A DNA stretch of 64,000 nucleotides from Pseudomonadales bacterium (GTDB lineage Bacteria; Pseudomonadota; Gammaproteobacteria; Pseudomonadales; Azotimanducaceae). Below the pieces are notes generated by a model. It saw only the letters and a program-made list of their open reading frames with translations, was not told where the DNA came from and ran no database searches. The position numbers and the translations under genes were made by a program. The stretch's first letter is position 1. Each line of letters opens with the position of its first letter. Below, in pieces: positions 56,428 to 64,000 of this stretch. The stretch lies in NCBI GenBank assembly GCA_024234635.1, contig JACKNX010000009.1, forward strand, positions 66,616-130,615, written 5' to 3'.

Positions 56428-56731
56428 GTCGTTTTCTCCCGTACCGTAGTCGTTTCCATATCCCCGTTGAACGACGGATCGCAACGGAGCATCCGGGCTG
56501 GTTACCGGGACATCACACACAACCCACCCGGTACCTGCCTATCAAGGCGTGACGGCGCGGGATTTCAGGTCACGAAGACAAGCCTTTCTCACGCCCCGGA
56601 GTGCCGGTAACTTCCCGGCGATCGCGCGCCCGGGGTCACGTTCGGCGACTGGTCCACGCACGACACGCTGAATGGCCCGAGCCGGCGTGCTGTGAGAAAG
56701 TGTTTCGTGATCACGGGCGACTGGAGAAGCC

Positions 56732-59218
56732 ATGGTGGGCTCCGACTCCGAACGGCAGGCCCGCGCGCTGGAGTTGTTCTTTCGAGCACTGGAGGAGCCG
56801 GCCGCGGACCGAAAAGCGTGGATTGTGCGCAATACGGCGGACAACCTTCCGCTGCAGGAAGCTGTTTTGCGGCTGCACGCGGCGGATACCGAAGCGACTG
56901 ATGCCGCCCCGCTGACACTGATGAACTTCGCGGAGCCCGATCTGACGGGCTCGCGCATCGGCCAGTGGAAGATTGTCGACACCATCGCCTCCGGCGGCAT
57001 GGGTCGCGTCTATCTCGCCGAACGTACGGGCGCTGACTTCCAGCAGCGCGGGGCTCTGAAAATCCTGCGCATTCGGGCCCTCGACAATCCCGCCATCCGC
57101 GACGAACTGCTCCGCCGCTTTAACAACGAACGTCAGATCCTCGCCCACATCCAGCACCCGAACATCGCCTCCATCGTCGACGGAGGCACAACGGATGACG
57201 GTCTGCCGTACCTGGTGATGGAATATGTCTCCGGCCTCTCGTTGACCGAATACCTCCAGGCCCACCCCATCGGTTTGCAGGCGCGTCTGCGGCTGTTCCG
57301 CGAACTGCTGGATGCCGTGGGCGCCGCGCATCGCAGCCTGGTGGTGCACCGCGACATAAAGCCCTCCAACATCATGGTGGACGCCGAAGGTCACCTGAAA
57401 CTCCTGGACTTCGGTATTGCCAAGGTACTCGAGCCACGCGACGGGATGGCGTCCACCGATACCGCCACGGCCACCCAGGCCATGACGCCGGACTTTGCCA
57501 GCCCGGAGCAGTTGCTCGGCCGGCCCATCACGGTGGCGAGCGATATCTATTCGCTCGGACTTCTGCTGTATCGCCTGCTTGCCGGCGTAGCCGCCTATAC
57601 CGTCAGCAACCGCTCGCCGGTGGAAGCGCATGCCCTCGTCTGCCTTCGCGATCCGCCGCTGCCGAGCAAATCCGCAACGGAAGGACATGATCCCGCGGTA
57701 CCCGGCTGGCGCCTGAAAGGCGACCTCGACGCCATCGTCATGAAAGCCATCCGCAAGGAGCCGCAGGAACGCTATGGGTCCACGGTGGAGTTTGCCGCCG
57801 ATATCGAGCGTTTTCTGGGCGGCTTGCCAGTACTCGCCCAACGCAACAGCGCGCGCTATCGGGCGAAGAAATTCATCCGCCGCAACTGGCTGGCCGTGAC
57901 AAGTACGACCACGATCATTCTGACGCTGACGGCAGGCCTGGCGGTGTCATTGTGGCAGTACGCCAACGCCGAAGCCGCAACCCGGCGCGCTGAAGACGAG
58001 AAAGACAAGGCGAACGCCGTCGTCGAGTTTCTGCAGGAAGTGCTGTCGCAGGCGGATCCACTGGAAACCGGCACCAATCCCACCATCCGGGAAGCCCTGG
58101 ATCAGGCGGAGTCGAAGCTGGGTGATCGCTTCGACGATCATCCGGAGATTGAGGCCGCGGTTCGCCACACACTTGGCTGGACACAGATGAGCCTGGGACA
58201 CACCGATCTTGCGGTGGACAACCTGTACAAAGCCTATCAGCTGAACGAAGCACACTATGGACCAACGCATGAGGATACGTTGCGGTCGCTGTCCGCGCTG
58301 GGATGGATGAGCTTCGACAGGCTCGACTTCGACAAGTCACGCGAATACTACAAGATGGCCATAGAGCGCTTCTCGGAGGACGTGCCGAAGGTACTGCGAG
58401 CGACCATCCTCAACGACTATGCGGTGACACTGGACGGCGCAGGCGAGTCCGCGGCCGCCATCGCGCCATTCGAGGAAGCCGTGCGCCTCTACCGGCAGTC
58501 GAACCCATCCGAGCCCGGCTACGATCTTGGTAGCGCCCTGTCGAATCTGGGTGTGGCATACCAGGGCATCGGTAACTTCGAGCGCGCGGAACAGCTGTTC
58601 AAACAGCACATTGCCATGGCGGAGTCCGGAGAAGACGATTCCAAGTACGCGTTTTTTTCCGTTCTCAACAACTACTCGCTGTTGCTCAGGGATACAGGCC
58701 GTCTCGACGAAGCCCTGGTTCAACTGCGGCGCTCCGTGCGCATGCGCTACGAATTACTCGGGCCCGAACATCCGAGCAGCATCCTGGCGGGCAACAACCT
58801 CACCATGCTGCTCTTGCAGATGCACCGGCTGGATGAAGCGCGCGCCAACCATCTGAGCGTCGCACCCGCTGCCGCCGGGCTGGGTATCACGCACCGCCAT
58901 GCCCTGCGCGTGCGCCTGACCGGCAGCATGCTCGAGAACGAACTCGGCAACCGGAGTTCCGCCATCACCGACGCGCAAGCCATCCTCGTGGATCTGCAGC
59001 CAATGGCGGAAGGCGAATACCAGGAAATCCGCGCCCAGGTTTGCATGCATCTCGGCGAGATGCTCAGTCAGGACGGGCAACACGAGCGTGCCCTCGTGTT
59101 GATGCAAGAAGCCATTGCCCAGCGTACGGCCTACTACGGCGCGAACCATCGGAATACCGAGCAGGCAAGACAGCGCGCGAACGTCGTGCGCGCCGCGGCA
59201 CAGGCGCCAGCTACCTGA
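56732..59218 (+). CDS. Ser/Thr protein kinase with N-terminal pre-kinase segment, one TM helix and TPR repeats
   Basis: GSRIGQWKIVDTIASGGMGRVYLA, HRDIKPSNIMV, DFGIAK, SPEQ. TM segment WLAVTSTTTIILTLTAGLAVSLW. TPR-like repeats run to the C-terminus. Confidence 0.9.
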   Translation: MVGSDSERQARALELFFRALEEPAADRKAWIVRNTADNLPLQEAVLRLHAADTEATDAAPLTLMNFAEPDLTGSRIGQWKIVDTIASGGMGRVYLAERTGADFQQRGALKILRIRALDNPAIRDELLRRFNNERQILAHIQHPNIASIVDGGTTDDGLPYLVMEYVSGLSLTEYLQAHPIGLQARLRLFRELLDAVGAAHRSLVVHRDIKPSNIMVDAEGHLKLLDFGIAKVLEPRDGMASTDTATATQAMTPDFASPEQLLGRPITVASDIYSLGLLLYRLLAGVAAYTVSNRSPVEAHALVCLRDPPLPSKSATEGHDPAVPGWRLKGDLDAIVMKAIRKEPQERYGSTVEFAADIERFLGGLPVLAQRNSARYRAKKFIRRNWLAVTSTTTIILTLTAGLAVSLWQYANAEAATRRAEDEKDKANAVVEFLQEVLSQADPLETGTNPTIREALDQAESKLGDRFDDHPEIEAAVRHTLGWTQMSLGHTDLAVDNLYKAYQLNEAHYGPTHEDTLRSLSALGWMSFDRLDFDKSREYYKMAIERFSEDVPKVLRATILNDYAVTLDGAGESAAAIAPFEEAVRLYRQSNPSEPGYDLGSALSNLGVAYQGIGNFERAEQLFKQHIAMAESGEDDSKYAFFSVLNNYSLLLRDTGRLDEALVQLRRSVRMRYELLGPEHPSSILAGNNLTMLLLQMHRLDEARANHLSVAPAAAGLGITHRHALRVRLTGSMLENELGNRSSAITDAQAILVDLQPMAEGEYQEIRAQVCMHLGEMLSQDGQHERALVLMQEAIAQRTAYYGANHRNTEQARQRANVVRAAAQAPAT

Positions 59219-59257
59219 GATGCGGCGCCTCTTTCGTCCCTGAAAGCACGTCGCCGC

Positions 59258-60103
59258 CTACGACGTAACGTCGGCTGTTGCATCGGCGTATCCGAATTCG
59301 ACCTGCAGTGCTCGGGCCTCGTCGTCGCCTTCCTCCACCGCCTTGTCCAGCCACGCGCGCGCCGCGTCATCATCCCTGCTGATGCCGTCGCCAGCGTGCA
59401 GCATTCGGGCCAGGACACGCATGGCCTGCGTATGACCCTGGTCCGCCGCGCTCCAGTACCAGCGTGCCGCTTCCCCCTTGTCGGCACCAACGCCTTCGCC
59501 CTTGAAATACATGACCCCGAGGTTGAACTGCGACTGCGCGTGCCCCGCTTCCGCTGCCAGGCGGAAGTGCTTCACTGCCTGTACTGCGTCCATCGCGCGC
59601 CCCTCGCCCGCGGCATAGGCGTAACCGAGCTGACCGTGCGCTTCCACGTGACCCTGCGCCGCAGCCCGGTCATACCAGCCGAGAGCCGCCTCCAGATTCC
59701 TGTCGACACCGTCACCGAACTCCAGTGCGTGCCCCAGCCAGTACTGGCTGGGCACATCGCCCATCTCGGCTCCCTTGCGGTAGTACCAGACAGCGTGCGC
59801 ACGGTTGCGCGGAAAGGGATCCACGCCATTCGTTGAAGTATTCGATCCCTGCCAGTACGCATTGCCGAGCAGCCTGTGGGCCACCGGGTCGCCCTGACTC
59901 GCCCTTTCGTTGAGCGCCTCAATCGTCGTCGGCTCGATTCCTTCGGTGGCGATGAGTACTTCCGCCGGACGATCTTCATAGACCTTCACGACCAGCGTGC
60001 TGTCCCGGAACGTCGTTGTCGTTGTGGACCACGCGCCACGCTCGCAGCCGGCGAGCAGCAACGCCACCAGGGCAACACAGGACGGGCTGACAATGCTGCG
60101 CAT
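59258..60103 (-). CDS. Sel1-repeat lipoprotein
   Basis: ATG 60101-60103 behind GAGGGGAG. Lipobox LLLAGC. At least five Sel1-type repeats (A..WY.KAA.QG...A...LG..Y..G.GV). Confidence 0.8.
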   Translation of the reverse strand: MRSIVSPSCVALVALLLAGCERGAWSTTTTTFRDSTLVVKVYEDRPAEVLIATEGIEPTTIEALNERASQGDPVAHRLLGNAYWQGSNTSTNGVDPFPRNRAHAVWYYRKGAEMGDVPSQYWLGHALEFGDGVDRNLEAALGWYDRAAAQGHVEAHGQLGYAYAAGEGRAMDAVQAVKHFRLAAEAGHAQSQFNLGVMYFKGEGVGADKGEAARWYWSAADQGHTQAMRVLARMLHAGDGISRDDDAARAWLDKAVEEGDDEARALQVEFGYADATADVTS

Positions 60104-60272
60104 ACTCCCCTCGCTTTTCTGTTCGTCTGGAGCAATAGGCGGATTCGTTGCTGGAACCGGCTCAGGAAGGTTTGCCGCCGGCGGCAGGCGGCCATCGGCA
60201 GCTGCCCGGCCGTACAGGCCAATACGAGTACAGGATCTGGACGGTGGATGCGCGGCTGGCGATTCAACACGC

Positions 60273-60298
60273 CGGCGCACGACAGCCACCCGTGGGGG
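60273..60298 (-). terminator. 10-bp GC-rich stem-loop just after the peptide gene (attenuator or partial terminator; no U-tract)
   Basis: Minus strand: CAGCCACCCG-CCCCCA-CGGGTGGCTG, beginning about 27 nt after the TAG stop. Confidence 0.4.
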
Positions 60299-60324
60299 GC
60301 GGGTGGCTGTGACGAGGCAGGCGA

Positions 60325-60534
60325 CTAGCTGCGCAGGTAGTCGAGGAACGCCGAGTTGTGTGCGTCGAACATCTGGCCGCGTTGAATCCAGCTGTTCTGC
60401 AGCGCGTAGCCCCACGGATTGTAGTAAGGGTTGAACACGTTGTAGTAGTAGAACCAGCCGCCTCGCGTGGCGGAAAGCTCCTCCGCGGTGAGGGTACGGG
60501 TATCGTCGAGGTCGTTCAGTTGAATATGGCTCAT
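60325..60534 (-). CDS. 69-aa precursor peptide with double-glycine-type leader and aromatic-rich 43-aa core
   Basis: ATG 60532-60534 behind GGAGAA. Leader MSHIQLNDLDDTRTLTAEELSATRGG has E-L at -8/-7, L at -12 and GG at -2/-1. Core WFYYYNVFNPYYNPWGYALQNSWIQRGQMFDAHNSAFLDYLRS. Confidence 0.6.
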   Translation of the reverse strand: MSHIQLNDLDDTRTLTAEELSATRGGWFYYYNVFNPYYNPWGYALQNSWIQRGQMFDAHNSAFLDYLRS

Positions 60535-60596
60535 GGTGTTCTCCGACGTTGTTCGTGGTCTTGTTTCGCGGCTCAACGCTGCGTCACCGTAGCAAT

Positions 60597-60612
60597 TGCA
60601 GGGTACGTGCCA
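60597..60612 (-). promoter_or_regulatory. sigma54 (-24/-12) promoter
   Basis: Minus-strand TGGCACGTACCCTGCA versus consensus TGGCACG-N4-TTGCW, with one mismatch and GG-N10-GC spacing exact. About 60 nt upstream of the peptide ATG. Confidence 0.65.
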
Positions 60613-60650
60613 ACCTGGCCAACACGCTGTCAAAAAATTTCAACCTGTTG

Positions 60651-60663
60651 ATTATCATCAGAT
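60651..60663 (-). promoter_or_regulatory. IHF-binding site consensus
   Basis: Minus-strand AATCAACAGGTTG fits WATCAANNNNTTR at every specified position. About 40-50 nt upstream of the -24 element, inside an AT-rich stretch. Confidence 0.45.
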
Positions 60664-60863
60664 TTATCTTCATCACCCGCCACCGGAGGTCTGCGCTCAG
60701 GTTCCGAAAAATACGTTTCAAGCCAAACAGATTCATGCAGGTGTTTGTTCAAATCCAACTTTTTCATCGGGTCCGTCGCGGATGAGCCGATTTTGACTCC
60801 CGCTTCGCCTAAAGGGTGTAGCCACAGTTTTCATCATCCGGACCCGGGACGACGTTTCACCCC

Positions 60864-62561
60864 ATGCACGAACAGCAGACTACGCAGGCGTCCACACCCG
60901 ATCGCATCGGTCGGTACGAAATCACCGGTCGACTGGGAACCGGCGCGATGGCCGAGATCTTTCGGGCGCGCGACCCCGACATCGATCGCGTGGTTGCCAT
61001 CAAGTTGCTCAAGCACACCTGGCAGGAGGAGCGCGACCTCGAGCGATTCACGCGCGAGGCGCGCGCAGCGGGCGCATTGACGCATCCGAACATCGTGACC
61101 GTCTATGACGTCGGCCGATTCGCCGGACGCCCGTACCTGACCATGGAATTGCTTGAGGGACCGACGCTTGAGGCGCTGATGGCCACCGGAGACCTGTTGA
61201 GTCACAGGCAGGTTCTCGAACTGGCGATTGCCCTCGCCCGGGCGCTGCACTATGCGCACGAAAACAATGTGGTGCACCGGGACATCAAGCCCAGCAACAT
61301 TCTGTTCGCGCACGACAGCCTGAATCCGAAGATTGCCGACTTCGGCATCGCACGTCTGGAAAACGGTGAGCAGACCCTGCAGACCGGCGGGCATCTGGTC
61401 ATCGGCACACCGAGGTACATGTCACCGGAACAGGCGCTGGGTGAGACCGTCGACCGACGCTCGGACCTGTTCTCGCTGGGCGTGGTGCTTTTTGAGCTGC
61501 TGACGGGAGAGAAAGCATTCGATGCACCAACCACAACGTCGTTGCTGATACAGATCGCCAGGGACAAGCCACGCTCGTTCCGTGACACCGCAGGCGACGT
61601 GCCAATGGGTCTGCAGCAGATCGTGCGCAAGCTGCTGGAGAAGAATCCGCAGCGCCGATACCAGACCGGCGCGGCGCTTGCCGATGCACTGCAGCGCGAA
61701 CTGGAAGCCGTGATAGAACGCGAGGCGGACGCCGGTCGCAACCGCTACGTTCCGCTGCGCGTACGCTGGTCGGCCGCAATGGGGGCCATCGTGGCGCTGG
61801 TACTCGGCGCGAGCATCTTCACCGTCGTAACCATCCAGTCACGCGTGATCCGCACACAGGTTGAAGACGCCGGCGCGGCGCTCGCCCGATTCATTGCCAA
61901 CGAGGCGTCGACACCGCTGCTGGGTGAAGACTGGGTAGCACTGGAGTCGTTCGTCGAAGAAGCACGTCGACGGGATACGATTGCCTACCTGACGATCTTC
62001 GATCACGACGGCATCGCCCGCGCCAGCACCATCCAGGCACAACGCATGCGACGGGATAACCGGGAGACGCACGTCGGCGACAGGCACATCACGGACCTGA
62101 CGCTCTCAGATGGCTCGCCAGTTCTGGACTTCGAGACGGCGGTGCAGTTTCAGGACACCCGTATCGGTCACCTCAGACTGGGGCTGACCCGAAGCGGCTT
62201 CGACAGCCTGATGGCAACCACCTGGTCGCTGATGATCGTGCTCGGGCTTGTTACGGCAGCTGCGGTGGTGGCAACGCTCTACGTCTTCGGCAGTCTGCTC
62301 ACGCGCCCACTGCGGCTCCTGGCGGGCTCGATGCAGGCCTTCGGCTCAGGAGACTGGGATCATCGGCCAACGTCCGTGCGTACCGACGAGATCGGGCAAC
62401 TGTACACAGCATTCAATCAGATGGCGGATGCCGTGCAACACCAGCTGAACGGCGGACACATCGACGTTGCACCAGCGCCGACCCCACGCAAGCGTACCGG
62501 CACGCGGCCACCGGACGCTTCCGACCCGGAAGCCACCGTCGTGCTGACCGTACCGAAGTGA
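60864..62561 (+). CDS. membrane Ser/Thr protein kinase with extracytoplasmic region and C-terminal HAMP domain
   Basis: GRYEITGRLGTGAMAEIFRA, AIKLL, HRDIKPSNILF, DFGIARL, SPEQ. TM helices (AMGAIVALVLGASIFTVV; LMIVLGLVTAAAVVATLYVFGSLL). HAMP-like RPLRLLAGSMQAF...DEIGQLYTAFNQMADAV. Confidence 0.85.
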   Translation: MHEQQTTQASTPDRIGRYEITGRLGTGAMAEIFRARDPDIDRVVAIKLLKHTWQEERDLERFTREARAAGALTHPNIVTVYDVGRFAGRPYLTMELLEGPTLEALMATGDLLSHRQVLELAIALARALHYAHENNVVHRDIKPSNILFAHDSLNPKIADFGIARLENGEQTLQTGGHLVIGTPRYMSPEQALGETVDRRSDLFSLGVVLFELLTGEKAFDAPTTTSLLIQIARDKPRSFRDTAGDVPMGLQQIVRKLLEKNPQRRYQTGAALADALQRELEAVIEREADAGRNRYVPLRVRWSAAMGAIVALVLGASIFTVVTIQSRVIRTQVEDAGAALARFIANEASTPLLGEDWVALESFVEEARRRDTIAYLTIFDHDGIARASTIQAQRMRRDNRETHVGDRHITDLTLSDGSPVLDFETAVQFQDTRIGHLRLGLTRSGFDSLMATTWSLMIVLGLVTAAAVVATLYVFGSLLTRPLRLLAGSMQAFGSGDWDHRPTSVRTDEIGQLYTAFNQMADAVQHQLNGGHIDVAPAPTPRKRTGTRPPDASDPEATVVLTVPK

Positions 62562-63577
62562 TGACACGGGCAATCACCTGCTGCTTGCTGACACTGGGGT
62601 TGCTCGGCGGCTGCGCACATGTACCGCCGGCGGCCGACGTCGCCATTCCGTCTATCGGCCAGCCCATCGGACAGACCGGCTTCTTTACGCTGGTGCAAGC
62701 CAGCGAAGCGATCACGCTACGGGAAATGACCCGCCGGTTACTCGGTGAGGAAGATCTCGCGGAGCTCGTCGCCCGCGCCAATGCCCTGCCCGTCGACACA
62801 ATCGTCGCCAGCGGGCAGATCATCGCCCTGCCGAGAAAACCCATTCATTCGTCGGGCATATCACCCCACGGCATCCAGACCGTGCAGATTCTCTGTTATC
62901 ACCGCTTTTCCCTGCGAGCGTCATCGGAGCCGATGACCGTCTCAGCCGCCGATTTCGAGGCCCAGATGGCCTATCTCGTGAACAATGGTTATCGGGTCAT
63001 CCGCCTCGCGGAGCTCGCGGGCTTCATGGAAGGCGGGACGCTCTTCCCGGAACGGCTGGTTGTCATAACCATCGATGACGGCTTTGCATCGGTAGCTGAG
63101 GTTGCCGCTCCCATACTTGCGAAATACGGTCTGCCGGCGACGCTGTTCGTCTACCCGGAATTCATCGGTGGCGGTCTGGCGCTCAGCTGGGATGCGCTGA
63201 AGGCGCTGGCGGACAGCGGACTGTTCGACGTGCAGTCCCACTCCACCAGCCACACCAGCCATGCCCGGCGCCCCCAGGAGAGCGACGAAGCGTATCGCCA
63301 ACGGCTGGACCGGGAAATCGACACCGCCAGCCGCAGCCTCGCCGGGCATCTTGGACGGGCGCCATCCGTCTATGCCTATCCGTACGGTGACACCAGCACG
63401 GATACCATCCACGCCCTGCAGGCACGCCAATACCGCTTCGGGGTCACGGTGCGGCGCGGTGGAACAGCCGCGTTCAGCCATCCGTTCACGCTGCGTCGCA
63501 CCATGATCTACGGACACGACTCGCTCGCGCAGTTCGCCCGCAAACTGGTCACGCGCCAGCCGCTGCCCCGGGGATGA
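62561..63577 (+). CDS. lipoprotein with LysM domain and NodB-type polysaccharide deacetylase domain
   Basis: Lipobox LLGGC. LysM-like YTLVQASEAITLREM...GQIIALP. NodB motifs ITIDDGF, YPYG, HSTSH. Start overlaps the kinase stop (GTGATGA). Confidence 0.8.
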   Translation: MTRAITCCLLTLGLLGGCAHVPPAADVAIPSIGQPIGQTGFFTLVQASEAITLREMTRRLLGEEDLAELVARANALPVDTIVASGQIIALPRKPIHSSGISPHGIQTVQILCYHRFSLRASSEPMTVSAADFEAQMAYLVNNGYRVIRLAELAGFMEGGTLFPERLVVITIDDGFASVAEVAAPILAKYGLPATLFVYPEFIGGGLALSWDALKALADSGLFDVQSHSTSHTSHARRPQESDEAYRQRLDREIDTASRSLAGHLGRAPSVYAYPYGDTSTDTIHALQARQYRFGVTVRRGGTAAFSHPFTLRRTMIYGHDSLAQFARKLVTRQPLPRG

Positions 63578-64000
63578 AGCCGGCAGCATCACTGGCGCTG
63601 GTACTGCTTGCGGGTTGCCAGGCGGCGCCACGACCCGACCACGCTGACAGGGACCCGCACGTTGTTGAATTCGTCGAAAGGCAATCGGTTCTGGCGCGCC
63701 GACAGCAGCGCGATGGCGACTTCGCCGCCGCCATCGCAACGTGGGAGGCGGTGCGACTCGTCGCACCTGACGATGACCGGGTCGGCCGGCTGCACCAGTT
63801 GCAGACGCTGCGGCGACTGCGTATCGCCGGGCTGGAGGCGCAACTCAGGGCCACCAGCAGCGCGGCGCGGCGGCGCGCGATCTGTCTCGACATCCTGGCG
63901 CTGGAGGGCGGCCATCAAGGCGCCATCGACATTCTGCGCGCACAGGAACTGAGAGACGCGCTGCACAATGCCGCGCCCGTGCCGGACAAACCGCCTTACC
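63573..64000 (+). CDS. lipoprotein (helical/TPR-like?), 3' end beyond the window
   Basis: ATG 63573 overlaps the upstream stop (ATGA). MKPAASLALVLLAGC lipobox. Frame is open to the window end (hand translation). Confidence 0.55.

Overview
GC-rich (about 65% by eye) proteobacterial chromosomal segment, densely coded on both strands. No transposase, integrase, CRISPR array or rRNA was seen. The housekeeping backbone comprises purEK, corA, xseB-ispA, pgpA-thiL-nusB-ribD-nrdR-glyA, ettA, radA-dnaB-rplI-rpsR-rpsF, rlmB-rnr and tRNA-Leu(CAG). Several accessory or regulatory neighbourhoods interrupt it. (1) 1-6313: a tightly packed minus-strand operon of zinc-ribbon, SHOCT and M48-like (HEXXH changed to REXXH) proteins plus several extremely acidic proteins of unknown function. 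(2) Two paralogous ECF sigma genes of the Ser/Thr-kinase-associated type (7850-8416 and 55413-55958). Each is convergent with a gene for a single-pass membrane protein carrying a P/G/Q/Y low-complexity tail. One sigma has a full kinase-TPR partner, the other only an 82-aa ORF resembling that kinase's N-terminus. Two of the three low-complexity membrane proteins sit directly upstream of secreted cysteine peptidases (papain-like and clostripain C11). (3) A 69-aa double-glycine-leader, aromatic-rich peptide gene (60325-60534) lies behind a near-consensus sigma54 promoter and a consensus IHF site. It is flanked by a Sel1 lipoprotein, a HAMP Ser/Thr kinase and a LysM-polysaccharide deacetylase. (4) An H-NOX/histidine kinase/REC-EAL/REC-HD-GYP nitric-oxide to c-di-GMP module (14966-19487). 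(5) A thioredoxin-fold ORF with a single in-frame TGA exactly at the redox motif (WAPY-TGA-GC) followed by a hairpin, a candidate selenoprotein. (6) A gene-decay patch (40.5-43.3 kb) with three multiply frameshifted pseudogenes and a local GC drop. (7) A family of structured MITE/REP-like repeats at three loci. All product calls rest on motifs read by eye from the supplied translations. No database search was run.
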